DNA of 64,000 bases from the NCBI GenBank assembly GCA_913053845.1, contig CAJXGD010000006.1, forward strand, positions 713-64,712, read 5' to 3'. This DNA comes from an uncultured bacterium. GTDB lineage: Bacteria > Bipolaricaulota > Bipolaricaulia > RBG-16-55-9 > DRJF01. The translations under genes were made by a program, and so were the position numbers. Shown here in pieces: positions 19,185 through 28,007 of this stretch. A model generated the notes under the pieces. The model was not told where the DNA came from. It ran no database searches and saw only the letters and a program-made list of their open reading frames with translations. Position 1 is the stretch's first letter; each line of letters opens with the position of its first letter.

Positions 19185-20236
19185 GAAGGGAGCTCCTCGC
19201 TGAGGGCTAGGCCCGCCGCCGAGCTTGGTGCGCCGAGGCCGCGCTCGATCTTGGCGATCAGCTCTGAACGAACCGAGTTGGCCGCCACGCCGATGGCGCT
19301 GCGAATCGCCTCGGCATCGGAGTTGCCATGGGCGATGATCACCACGCCGCGCACTCCCAAAAGCGGCGCGCCGCCGAAGCGGGCCGCGCTCAAGGAACGG
19401 CGGAAGTTTTTTAGAGCCGGCACCAGGATGAAAGCCCCCAGCCGGGCGAAGAAGTCGTGGCTGATGGCCTGTTTGAGGAACTTGACCGTGGCCGCCGCGC
19501 CGCCTTCATAGGCTTTGAGCAGCACGTTGCCCACGAAGCCGTCGCAGACCACCACGTCCACCGCGCCTTCCAGTATCTGGTGACCCTCCACGTTGCCGGC
19601 GAAGTTGCCCAATTGCTCCAATAAGAAAAATGTCTTGAGCGCCAGGACATTGCCCTTGCGACGCTCGGAGCCGATGTTGAGCAGCCCCACCTTGGGCTGG
19701 GCCACTCCCAGGATCTGACGGGCGTAGACGCAGCCCATCAGGGCGAACTGCCGCAGGTTCTCCGGGGCGCAGTCCACGTTGGCACCCACGTCGATCACCA
19801 GCACCTTCTTGCCCGTGATCGTGGGGATGATCGCCCCGATGCCCGGCCGGTCAATGCCCTTGATCCGCCCCAGCTTGAGCAGGGCTGCGGCCATCACCGC
19901 CCCGGTGTTGGCCGGGCTGACGAAGGCCTGGGCCTCGCCGTGGCGCAGGTACTCGATACCTCGCACCAGCGAGCTCTCCGGTTTGTGGCGCACCGCTTCA
20001 ATAGGCGAGTCGGCCATAGTGATGATTTGCGGTGCGTGAATGATGATATGGCGTTGCTTGGCCCGCAGGTGCCGTTGCTTGGCTCGCCGGCTTATCTCGC
20101 CCTCGATCAGGGCCCGATCGCCGGCGAAGATGACCTCCAGGCCCAGCCCTTCGGCGGCCTGGAGCCCACCGGCAATCAACTCGCTGGCCGGCCGATCGCC
20201 GCCCTGCACATCCAGGATGATTCTCATTTTTTCCAC
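19181..20236 (-). CDS. plsX: phosphate acyltransferase
   Basis: 351 aa; MRIILDVQGGDRPASELIAGG PlsX N-terminus and overall PlsX layout; classic plsX-fabH order; contains a 7-aa in-frame tandem duplication (RAKQRHL RAKQRHI). Confidence 0.85.
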   Translation of the reverse strand: MEKMRIILDVQGGDRPASELIAGGLQAAEGLGLEVIFAGDRALIEGEISRRAKQRHLRAKQRHIIIHAPQIITMADSPIEAVRHKPESSLVRGIEYLRHGEAQAFVSPANTGAVMAAALLKLGRIKGIDRPGIGAIIPTITGKKVLVIDVGANVDCAPENLRQFALMGCVYARQILGVAQPKVGLLNIGSERRKGNVLALKTFFLLEQLGNFAGNVEGHQILEGAVDVVVCDGFVGNVLLKAYEGGAAATVKFLKQAISHDFFARLGAFILVPALKNFRRSLSAARFGGAPLLGVRGVVIIAHGNSDAEAIRSAIGVAANSVRSELIAKIERGLGAPSSAAGLALSEELPS

Positions 20237-20264
20237 TGAGGGTCACCTCTTGAACCCCTGCTGC

Positions 20265-20351
20265 TGGTGCCGAGGGGGGGACTCGAACCCCCACGAGCGC
20301 TTGCCCACACGCCCCTCAAGCGTGCGCGTCTGCCTATTCCGCCACCTCGGC
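20265..20351 (-). tRNA. tRNA-Leu (anticodon GAG), type II with long variable arm, CCA encoded
   Basis: Reverse complement folds as acceptor GCCGAGG/CCTCGGC, anticodon stem CACGC/GCGTG loop TTGAGGG (GAG, G37), long variable arm, T arm GGGGGTTCGAGTCCCCC, ACCA end. Confidence 0.8.
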
Positions 20352-20400
20352 CCATCGCTGGGGCCGGCAAGGACAATTGAGCAATCAGCCGGCCGTTTTT

Positions 20401-20429
20401 ATCTTAGTCGCACCTCCTTCACCTGTCAA
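20401..20429 (-). promoter_or_regulatory. sigma70-like promoter for tRNA-Leu (minus strand TTGACA-17-TAAGAT)
   Basis: Plus-strand TGTCAA at 20424-20429 and ATCTTA at 20401-20406; overlaps the 3' end of the upstream GNAT gene. Confidence 0.35.
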
Positions 20430-20970
20430 GGCAGGGTGATGATTGAAAGCACTTCCTCATCAGATAAGCGTCCTCCCCCTGCTGATAATAGTAGCGAGGC
20501 AAGCGGGCGACGATCTGAAAGCCGAAGTTGCGGTAGAGCCGGAGTGCCGCCTCGTTGTTCACCCGCACCTCCAACTCCACGCAGCCGGCCCGGCGCTGCC
20601 GCAAATATGCCAGCCCCGTGCGCAGCAACACCCCCGCGATGCCCCGCCGCCGATAGCGGGGAGCGACCGCCAGGTTCAGCACGTGGCCATAGGGCTCTGC
20701 CCGCTTGCCCGCTCGACCTAGCCAACTTTGCAGTTGCTGCCGGAGCTGCTCCCAGGGACGGGGAGGCCGAAGACCGATGATGATATACCCCCGGATGACC
20801 TGGGCCTCCTCGTAGACGAAGAAGCTGCCTTGCTCCAAGCGGCGTCCGAGCAACTCCGCCGGCCAAGGTTGGGCGAAGCAAGCGGCCTCAATGGCCAAGA
20901 TTGCCTCTAGGTCTTGCTCGTCTCCGTAGCGGATATGCTTCGTCTGCGGCCGCTGGCCCGGATGCCCCAT
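20419..20970 (-). CDS. GNAT family N-acetyltransferase (RimI-like)
   Basis: Acetyl-CoA binding motif region (..VAPRYRRRGIAGVLL.., NNEAALRLYRNFGF); start set at MGHPG (the ORF track extends to 20997). Confidence 0.7.
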   Translation of the reverse strand: MGHPGQRPQTKHIRYGDEQDLEAILAIEAACFAQPWPAELLGRRLEQGSFFVYEEAQVIRGYIIIGLRPPRPWEQLRQQLQSWLGRAGKRAEPYGHVLNLAVAPRYRRRGIAGVLLRTGLAYLRQRRAGCVELEVRVNNEAALRLYRNFGFQIVARLPRYYYQQGEDAYLMRKCFQSSPCLDR

Positions 20971-21072
20971 AGGGTTCTCGATACCGCTGCTGCGCATCTT
21001 GCGATTATAACTTGGAGATGAGTTTGACCCAACTCTTGACCTTTTGCCACGCTTATGCTATGATAGCTTACC

Positions 21073-21615
21073 TTGCCTATGGAGATCAAAGTCGTCGAGA
21101 GACATAGAGAATGGGGCGCTGAGCTACGGGATTATGCTATCGCTAAGGTGCAACATTTGAGCCACTACTACGACGGGATCATCAACGTGGACATCGTCTT
21201 CGATCTCGAAGGTGAGCGGCAGAGTTGCGAGTTGATAGCTAACTTGGCCCGTAAGAAGATCATCAAGGCCCACGAGGAAGCGGACGAGATTTACGCTGCC
21301 ATTGACGGCGCGACGGCCAAGCTCAAACGCCAGTTGCGGCGCTATAAGGGTCGGCTGCGCGAGAACAAGCGCGGCCGAGGCCCGGTGGCGCTGACCGCAG
21401 AGCTGGGGCCGGAAGATGGGGTCACTGAGGTGGCGCCGCGCATCCTGCGCACTCCCTTGAGCTTGAGCAAACCGATGACCCCCGAAGAGGCCATCCTCAA
21501 GCTGGACTCTTCCCCACGGGCCTTCCTACTCTTCCTGGACGCCGAGCGTCAAAAACTCAGCGTGCTCTGGCGCGTGGACGACGAGCACTATGAGTTGATC
21601 GAACCGGAATATTAG
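21073..21615 (+). CDS. hpf: ribosome hibernation promoting factor, long form (RaiA/HPF)
   Basis: 180 aa; N-terminal sigma-54-modulation/YfiA fold block (IKVVERHREWGAELRDYAIAKVQHLSHYYDGIINVDIVF..) plus C-terminal dimerisation extension typical of long HPF. Confidence 0.8.
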   Translation: MPMEIKVVERHREWGAELRDYAIAKVQHLSHYYDGIINVDIVFDLEGERQSCELIANLARKKIIKAHEEADEIYAAIDGATAKLKRQLRRYKGRLRENKRGRGPVALTAELGPEDGVTEVAPRILRTPLSLSKPMTPEEAILKLDSSPRAFLLFLDAERQKLSVLWRVDDEHYELIEPEY

Positions 21616-21632
21616 CCTTAGGGAGGGATGGA

Positions 21633-22658
21633 ATGAGCAAGGCGGTTGCTCTCATTTCCGGCAGCTTGGCCAGTTTGGTGGCCGCCCGGCTGGTGCTGAA
21701 TGAGCCGGAGGTTTCCGCGGTCAAACTACTGCATTTCCGTTCTCCCTTCTTCCGCGATTACGAGCAGAGCAAAGATCTGGCCCGACGCTTTTTCCGCGAT
21801 TCTTTCCGCAGTCAGAGCGTCAAGAAAGACTTCAAAGAGCTGACCAATATCCCCGAGCAGGGCAGTTATACCATCAAGCATTGTTGCACCGGCTGCCGGC
21901 AACTGATGCTGCGTAAGGCCTGGCGTCATATGAAAAAAGTCGGGGCCGACTTTATCGTCAGCGGTGAGATCGTGGGCATGCGTGGCCTGGAGACCGCCGA
22001 TATCACCCAACTAACCGAGCAAGTCGGCCTGGCAGAACGGGTGATTCGCCCCCTCTCGGCGCAGTACTTGCCACCGACGCTGCCCGAGCGACAGGGCTGG
22101 GTCGATCGGGCTCACCTGTTGGACCTCACCGCCGAGGATCGGCAGTCCCGCCTGCCGCAGCTGGCCCGGCAGCTGGGCATAGATTGCCAAGGCTTCCCGG
22201 CGGAGCAACGCTGCAAATTGACCCATCCTCATTTCGGCAAACGGCTAGAAGACCTGCTGAAAGAAGAGTGTTTTACCATGAATACTCTGGAGCTCCTGGA
22301 GTTCCCCCGTTATTATAAGCGACCTCCCGATGTCAAGATCGTCTTGGGCTGTGATGACGAGGAGAAGCGTCGCTTGCAGAACTTCTTTCTCCCCGAGGAC
22401 CTGCGGCTCTACGTGCCGGCCCATCGCGGCCCGATGGCGCTGGTGCGCGCCAACTGGAAGTCCAAGAGCGAACCGGAGATCGTGGAGATCATCGAGCTAG
22501 CCGCGCGGATCACCGTTACTTATAGCCAGGCGAGCCACGCGCAGCGCATCCAGACCAACTATCGCTTCGAGAACTCCCAGCAGACCCATCGCATCAACGT
22601 CTCCCCCTTCCGCTCGGAAAGCGAGTTGGAGCAACACTGCTCCAAGCCCGATTGCTGA
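21633..22658 (+). CDS. MnmA-like PP-loop ATP pyrophosphatase homolog with degenerate PP-loop (SGSLAS instead of SGGxDS)
   Basis: 341 aa; block-wise resemblance to tRNA 2-thiouridylase MnmA (VALISGSLASLVAARL vs MnmA VGMSGGVDSSVAA; KVGADFIVSGEIV vs LGADYIATGHY; RQLGIDCQGF..RCKL vs the ICF catalytic-Cys region), but the PP-loop Gly and Asp are replaced. Confidence 0.45.
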   Translation: MSKAVALISGSLASLVAARLVLNEPEVSAVKLLHFRSPFFRDYEQSKDLARRFFRDSFRSQSVKKDFKELTNIPEQGSYTIKHCCTGCRQLMLRKAWRHMKKVGADFIVSGEIVGMRGLETADITQLTEQVGLAERVIRPLSAQYLPPTLPERQGWVDRAHLLDLTAEDRQSRLPQLARQLGIDCQGFPAEQRCKLTHPHFGKRLEDLLKEECFTMNTLELLEFPRYYKRPPDVKIVLGCDDEEKRRLQNFFLPEDLRLYVPAHRGPMALVRANWKSKSEPEIVEIIELAARITVTYSQASHAQRIQTNYRFENSQQTHRINVSPFRSESELEQHCSKPDC

Positions 22659-22689
22659 GCCGGCGCAGCCTGGTTCTGCGAGACTAAAG

Positions 22690-24687
22690 ATGACCACCCA
22701 TGCAGCCGAGGAGCAACTGGTCCAGGCGATCCTTGCCCCCCTGAACGAGGCGCAGCGGGCGGCGGTCACCTACCTCGAAGGGCCCCTGCTGGTGCTGGCC
22801 GGACCCGGCTCAGGCAAGACCAAAGTGATCACCCACCGCATTGCCTATCTGCTACGCTCCACCGGCGTTGCTCCAGAGCAGATCCTGGGAGTGACCTTCA
22901 CCAATAAGGCGGCCGAGGAGATGCGCACCCGCCTTCGCCCGCTGCTGGACACCGGTAGCCCGCTGCCCTGGATTCGGACTTTTCACGCCAGCGGCGCCCG
23001 GATTTTAAGGGCGCACATCGGAAAATTATCGCCTAAGTACAACTCGAACTTTACTATTCTCGATCAGGCCGATCAGCGTGAGGCGCTAAGCCGGACGATC
23101 AAAGCGCTGGATCTGTCCAGCGAAGAGGTCAAGCCGGCTATACTGGCCGGGCTGATCAACCGCGCCAAGGACGAATTGATCGGTCCGGAGGAGTTTCGCG
23201 TCAGGCGCGCCGAGCAACTGGCCCCTTTCACCCTGGACATCGCCGCGCGGGTCTATCAAAAATATCAGCGCCTACTCGAAGAGAGCAATGCGCTGGACTT
23301 CGCCGACCTGATTCGCCTGACGGTGAAGCTTTTCCAGACTGACCTGCAGCTCTTGGCCCGCTACCGGGAGCAGTTTCGCTATCTGTTGGTGGACGAATAT
23401 CAGGATATCAATCAGGGGCAATATCTGCTGGTGCGCCTGCTGGCCGAGCGTGACGAGAACCTCTGCGTGGTGGGCGATGAGGATCAGGCCATCTTCAGTT
23501 GGCGCGGCTCCGATCCGGCCTATATCCTGCGCTTCAAGCGTGACTTTCCCCGCACCCGCCAGATCGAGCTGGTGCAACACTACCGCTGGCCACAAGGGCA
23601 GCGCATCCTGCGCGCCGCCTCCCGCTTGATCGAGCATAACCACGGTCGGGTCAAGGGTGTGCGCCGCGAGGAGAGCTTCGGGCGTTTGGGCCTGCCGATC
23701 CGGCTCTATCCTGCCAGAGATGAGCGGGATGAGGCCGAGTTCGTGGCCCGTCAGATCGAGCACCTCTGGCGCAGCGAGGGCACGGAGTTGGGGCAGATCG
23801 CCGTGCTCTACCGGGTGAATACCCTCTCGCGCGTGCTGGAAGAGGCGCTGATCCGCTGGGGTATTCCCTATGAGGTGGTGCGCGGCCTGCGCTTCTACGA
23901 GCGCCTGGAGATCAAAGACCTGCTGGCCTACCTGCGCCTGCTGGTCAACCCCGCCGATGATATTAGCCTGCTGCGGGTGATCAATCGCCCCCGCCGGGGG
24001 ATCGGCCGGCAAACTATCCAAGCGTTGCAACGTTGCGCGGTCCAGCACGGGATCGGCCTGCTGGAGGGCCTGCGGCTCTTGGTCGGCCAACCGGAGGCCG
24101 CGGGGCTCAAGGCCGGCCCGCAGAAGCGGTTGGCCGCTTTTCTGGACTTGATCGGCGGGCTGCAACAGCTCGCCCGGCAGGCCTCTCCCGCGGAGCTGGC
24201 TCAGGCGGTGTTGGAGCGCAGCGGCTACTGGCGCGAGTTGGGCGACCGTTCCGCCGAGGCGGAGGAGCGGCGGGGTAACCTGCGGGAGTTTCTGGCCCAG
24301 TTGCAGGACTACCAGCAGCGCCGGGAGGGGGAGGCTAGCCTGCGTGACCTGCTAGAAGAGATCGCCCTGGTCTCCGAGAGCGACCATGAGGCCGGCGAGT
24401 CGGGGCAGGCGCTGCTGATGACCCTGCATGCTTCCAAGGGCCTGGAGTTCGAGCAGGTCTTCATTATCGGCCTGGAGGAGAACCTGCTGCCGCACGCCCG
24501 CTCGCTGGCCGAGGGCACGATAGAGGAGGAGCGACGACTCTGCTACGTGGGGATGACCCGCGCCCGGATGGGGTTGACGCTCAGCTACGCCAATCAGCGC
24601 TCGCTCTATGGCCAGGTGCTGCTGGGCGGCCACTCCCGCTTTCTGGAGGAGCTGCCGCCGGAGGACCTGGAGATCCTCAGCGCCTAG
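22690..24687 (+). CDS. ATP-dependent DNA helicase, UvrD/PcrA family
   Basis: 665 aa; Walker A LVLAGPGSGKTKVITHRIAYLL, helicase motifs II (VDEYQD) and VI (VGMTRAR) in order. Confidence 0.85.
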   Translation: MTTHAAEEQLVQAILAPLNEAQRAAVTYLEGPLLVLAGPGSGKTKVITHRIAYLLRSTGVAPEQILGVTFTNKAAEEMRTRLRPLLDTGSPLPWIRTFHASGARILRAHIGKLSPKYNSNFTILDQADQREALSRTIKALDLSSEEVKPAILAGLINRAKDELIGPEEFRVRRAEQLAPFTLDIAARVYQKYQRLLEESNALDFADLIRLTVKLFQTDLQLLARYREQFRYLLVDEYQDINQGQYLLVRLLAERDENLCVVGDEDQAIFSWRGSDPAYILRFKRDFPRTRQIELVQHYRWPQGQRILRAASRLIEHNHGRVKGVRREESFGRLGLPIRLYPARDERDEAEFVARQIEHLWRSEGTELGQIAVLYRVNTLSRVLEEALIRWGIPYEVVRGLRFYERLEIKDLLAYLRLLVNPADDISLLRVINRPRRGIGRQTIQALQRCAVQHGIGLLEGLRLLVGQPEAAGLKAGPQKRLAAFLDLIGGLQQLARQASPAELAQAVLERSGYWRELGDRSAEAEERRGNLREFLAQLQDYQQRREGEASLRDLLEEIALVSESDHEAGESGQALLMTLHASKGLEFEQVFIIGLEENLLPHARSLAEGTIEEERRLCYVGMTRARMGLTLSYANQRSLYGQVLLGGHSRFLEELPPEDLEILSA

Positions 24688-24698
24688 GTGCTGCTTCA

Positions 24699-24727
24699 TT
24701 GCTCTACGGCTCCCCTTCCGCTATAAT
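24699..24727 (+). promoter_or_regulatory. candidate sigma70-like promoter upstream of tatC (TTGCTC-17-TATAAT)
   Basis: Perfect -10 TATAAT at 24722-24727 with a weak -35 17 nt upstream. Confidence 0.3.
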
Positions 24728-24763
24728 CCAAAGCATCTTGAGAGTGAGTAGCGCTCCATCGCT

Positions 24764-25663
24764 ATGGCAGACGTGCAAATGACCCTGATCGAGCATCTCG
24801 ACGATCTACGCAGTCGACTCATTCGTGCCATCGTGGTCATCGCTCTTTTGGCGGTAGGCGCCTACATCTTTCGCAACGAGATCATGGCCGTGCTCACCAG
24901 GCCGCTCGGTCTGGGACCGTTGCTCCCAACTGTCGAGCTGACCCAGTTGATGAGCAAGATTCGCCAAATGTTGGCCGGTACGACCTGCAATGGGCAGCCC
25001 TGCTTCACCCAGCCGGAGATCCAGGCGCTGATTCAGGTCTCGCGGCGGTCATTTAGCGCCGCAACCGGCCTGATCTTCATCCATCCTGCCGAGGCCTTCT
25101 TCGGATATATCAAGCTCTCGCTCTATACCAGTGTGCTGGTCGGCGCGCCCTTCTGGCTCTATCAGCTGTGGAAGTTCGTCGTCCCCGCCCTCTATGCCAA
25201 GGAGAAGCGCTATGCCTTCGGCGCCGTGATCTCCGGCAGCGCGCTCTTCTATGGTGGCGCGGCCTTCTGTTACTTCGTCGTCTTGCCGGTCGCGCTTCGC
25301 TTCTTGATCTCGGTTGGCCAACCTTATCTGGAGCCGACCTTCACCTTGAACAACTATATCTCGTTTACCATGCTCTTCCTGATCGGCTTTGGCGCCAGTT
25401 TCGAGTTGCCCTTGAGCATGTTCGTCATAGTCAAGCTGGGGTTGGTGCAACGGCAGACGCTGTTTAGCAAGTGGCGCTATGCGATCGCAGGCGCCTTTCT
25501 GCTGGCCACCATGCTGCCCTCACCCGACATTTTCAGCCAGGTGGCGATGGGCAGCGCTTTGACGGTATTATATCTCCTGGGCCTCTTAGTGACCCGCTTC
25601 GCGGTCGGGCCGGAAGCCGGAGAGCTCACCGAAGGCGGCGCGGCGGATAGCCCAGAGAACTAA
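24764..25663 (+). CDS. tatC: twin-arginine translocase subunit TatC (with an extra periplasmic-loop insertion)
   Basis: 299 aa; LIEHLDDLRSRLIRAIVV TatC N-terminus, six predicted TM helices; ~50 aa longer than typical TatC because of an insertion after TM1. Confidence 0.8.
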   Translation: MADVQMTLIEHLDDLRSRLIRAIVVIALLAVGAYIFRNEIMAVLTRPLGLGPLLPTVELTQLMSKIRQMLAGTTCNGQPCFTQPEIQALIQVSRRSFSAATGLIFIHPAEAFFGYIKLSLYTSVLVGAPFWLYQLWKFVVPALYAKEKRYAFGAVISGSALFYGGAAFCYFVVLPVALRFLISVGQPYLEPTFTLNNYISFTMLFLIGFGASFELPLSMFVIVKLGLVQRQTLFSKWRYAIAGAFLLATMLPSPDIFSQVAMGSALTVLYLLGLLVTRFAVGPEAGELTEGGAADSPEN

Positions 25664-25678
25664 ATCAATCAGGAGGAA

Positions 25679-26257
25679 TTGTCTGTGGGCGTCAACGAAT
25701 TGGGACGAGGAAAGACGATCGAATGGCAAGGTGAGCTCTATTTTATCGAAGCCTATTCGCACATGAAGAAGGCCAAGGGTCGGCCGGTGGCCCAGACCAA
25801 GCTGCGCCATCTCGCGAGCGGCCGGGTGCTCTTCCACAACTTTACCGGTGCCGAGCCGCTCAAGATCGTGCGTTTGGAAGAACGGCTGTTGCAGTTCCTC
25901 TATCGTGCCGGTGAGCAGTTTCACTTCATGGACCGGCAAAGTTACGATCAGTTTGCACTCAGTCGCCCGGAGCTGCACGGCGTGGAGAACTATCTGCCTG
26001 AAAACATGGAATTGACCGGGCTTTATTATCAAAACCGGCTGCTTAAGCTGGAGCCGCCCTTACAGGTGGAGCTGAAGGTGACCCAGACCGAGCCTGGCGC
26101 GCGGGGGGACACGGTGAGCGGTGGGGAGAAGCCGGCCGTCTTGGAAACCGGTCTGGAGCTGCGGGTCCCGCTCTTCATCCGGCAAGGAGATTACATCTTG
26201 GTGGATACGCGCAGCGGAGCGTATCTCTCCCGGGTAGTCGGCCGCTCGGCCGACTAA
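25679..26257 (+). CDS. efp: elongation factor P
   Basis: 192 aa; EF-P domain order (KOW-like N-terminal domain with the modification-loop Lys region HMKKAKG, then two OB domains). Confidence 0.8.
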   Translation: MSVGVNELGRGKTIEWQGELYFIEAYSHMKKAKGRPVAQTKLRHLASGRVLFHNFTGAEPLKIVRLEERLLQFLYRAGEQFHFMDRQSYDQFALSRPELHGVENYLPENMELTGLYYQNRLLKLEPPLQVELKVTQTEPGARGDTVSGGEKPAVLETGLELRVPLFIRQGDYILVDTRSGAYLSRVVGRSAD

Positions 26258-26275
26258 GACCAGCGAAAGGAGCCG

Positions 26276-26665
26276 ATGCAGATGACCGAAATGCAGGATG
26301 TACAACCGTTACCGGTGGCAGGAGGTCAGATGAGCATTACTGAGCAGGTGATCGCCTCGATTGCCGGGATTGCGGCCACGCAGGTGGAGGGGCTGGCCGG
26401 GATGCGGGGGGGCATGACCGATGACCTGGTGGCCATCTTGGGCGAAGATCGTCAGCGCAAGGGGGTGTTAACCCAGCGAGGGGACGGCTCGGTGCAGTTG
26501 GCACTGAATGTCGTCGTGCAGTATGGCTACCCCATCCACGAGGTGGCCCGCCAGCTCCAAGCCAGGGTCAAGACCGAGGTGGAGGAGATGACCGGCCTGA
26601 CGGTCAGCGCGGTGGATGTCTACGTGCAAGACCTGCAATTGCCGCCGGGAGAAGAGCTCAAGTGA
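26276..26665 (+). CDS. Asp23/Gls24 family envelope stress protein
   Basis: 129 aa; IASIAGIAATQVEGLAGM Asp23 family N-terminal signature; an alternative start at MSITEQ is possible. Confidence 0.7.
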   Translation: MQMTEMQDVQPLPVAGGQMSITEQVIASIAGIAATQVEGLAGMRGGMTDDLVAILGEDRQRKGVLTQRGDGSVQLALNVVVQYGYPIHEVARQLQARVKTEVEEMTGLTVSAVDVYVQDLQLPPGEELK

Positions 26666-27321
26666 GCCGCTGGAACGCGCTGCTGCGCGGTGGGGGCTAT
26701 TTGATATCGCTGTTATATCTGCTGCTCATCGCCGCGGGTCTGCTCGGCCTGCGCTTCGGGGCGATCAGCCCGGCCGAGCTGCTGGCCCTCCTGCAGCGCC
26801 GCTGGGGTGTACTGGCGCTCTATATTTTGGCCGCTCTGGCGCTGGTGGGGGCAATATACTGCGCGCTGCGCTTCATCGGGCTCTATCGCCAGCGACGGCG
26901 GCTGATCGAATACCAGAGCACCCGGGGGCTGATCCAGATAGCTCCGCTGGCCCTGCGCGACTTCGCCCAGCAGTTTTTGGAGCGCGAGTTAGGTTTGACC
27001 CGCTGCCGGGTGCAACTGGAGCAGAGTGCCCAGGGCGGCCTGCGGCTGCGGGTCCAGGCTCAACTGCCGGCCTCCGGCAACCTGATGGAGCTGGGCGAGC
27101 AGATTCAAGCGCGGCTCAAGGAGCGGGTCGAGCAGCAGATCGGCATCACGGTGGACGAGGTGGCGGTCTTCGCCCCGCGCATCGGAGCGCCGGCGACCCA
27201 GGCCGAGTCCGAAGCTGTCCCGGCTGAACCAGGTGCTGACCTATCGGAGATAGCGGCACCTCCAGCCCCGAAGGGTGAAGATCAGCCGGAGGAAAATCAG
27301 GAGGAAACAGAGCGTGATTAA
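26662..27321 (+). CDS. Asp23-family membrane anchor protein (AmaP-like)
   Basis: 219 aa; N-terminal TM helices followed by an Asp23-like soluble region; follows the Asp23 gene with a 4-nt overlap. Confidence 0.5.
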   Translation: MSRWNALLRGGGYLISLLYLLLIAAGLLGLRFGAISPAELLALLQRRWGVLALYILAALALVGAIYCALRFIGLYRQRRRLIEYQSTRGLIQIAPLALRDFAQQFLERELGLTRCRVQLEQSAQGGLRLRVQAQLPASGNLMELGEQIQARLKERVEQQIGITVDEVAVFAPRIGAPATQAESEAVPAEPGADLSEIAAPPAPKGEDQPEENQEETERD

Positions 27322-27505
27322 ACTCTCTCCGGCGGTGCTAGGCGGCCTGATCGCGATGGCATTGGGGCTGGTGGGCCTATTCCTCGGCTGGGGCAAGCTG
27401 TTCATCTTGCTGGCTCTGGGACTGCTGGGTTATGGCGTGGGCAAGCTGCTCGAATCGGGCGAGCTGCGCGATAAACTGCGCGAGATCTTCTCGCTGTTCC
27501 GCTAG
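27314..27505 (+). CDS. DUF2273-like small integral membrane protein
   Basis: GTG start after a GGAGGA RBS; two TM helices (LGGLIAMALGLVGLFLGW, LFILLALGLLGYGVG); this family is typically found with Asp23 genes. Confidence 0.4.
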   Translation: MIKLSPAVLGGLIAMALGLVGLFLGWGKLFILLALGLLGYGVGKLLESGELRDKLREIFSLFR

Positions 27506-27506
27506 C

Positions 27507-27893
27507 ATGCTCAGCCGGCGCCGGGCGCGCGAAGCCATCTTGAAAATACTCTTTCAGCAGGATTTCCGACCACTGGATTATCGAGAACTGCTGGCCGGTC
27601 GCAATCTGGATGACTACGTGCCTCAAGTCTTAGCCGGGATCACCGAGCATCGCGGTGAGCTGGATGCGCTGATCGTGGCCCATACGCGGGGTTGGCGGCT
27701 GGAGCGGCTGCATAGCGTGGACCGCAATCTGCTGCGCTTGGCCATCTATGAGCTGCGCTATCGTCCTGATGTGCCGCCGCAGGTGGTGATCGACGAGGCG
27801 GTCGAGCTGGCCAAGAAGTACGGGGGGGAGCATTCCGGCAGCTTCGTCAATGGGATGCTGGACCGCATCTGGAAGGAAATACCCTCCGGCTGA
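27507..27893 (+). CDS. nusB: transcription antitermination factor NusB
   Basis: ARREAILKILFQQDF..NLLRLAIYEL..VVIDEAVELAKKYG NusB family blocks; start at the ATG immediately after the previous stop. Confidence 0.8.
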   Translation: MLSRRRAREAILKILFQQDFRPLDYRELLAGRNLDDYVPQVLAGITEHRGELDALIVAHTRGWRLERLHSVDRNLLRLAIYELRYRPDVPPQVVIDEAVELAKKYGGEHSGSFVNGMLDRIWKEIPSG

Positions 27894-28007
27894 GCGACCG
27901 TTGTCCCTTGAGCCTCAGACAAAGCGGCTAGGCGGCTCCGACAGGCTTCCTTGGGCCGGGGCAGGCCCTAGCCTACTCTGAGCTTAATAGTCATCTATCA
28001 GCCAAGC

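Noticed and set aside
21036-21064. TTGACC-17-TATGAT promoter directly abutting the hpf start codon
   Set aside because: The spacing would place the transcription start within a few nucleotides of the ATG (leaderless), which is possible but unsupported; the true hpf promoter may lie further upstream, so it is not listed as a feature.
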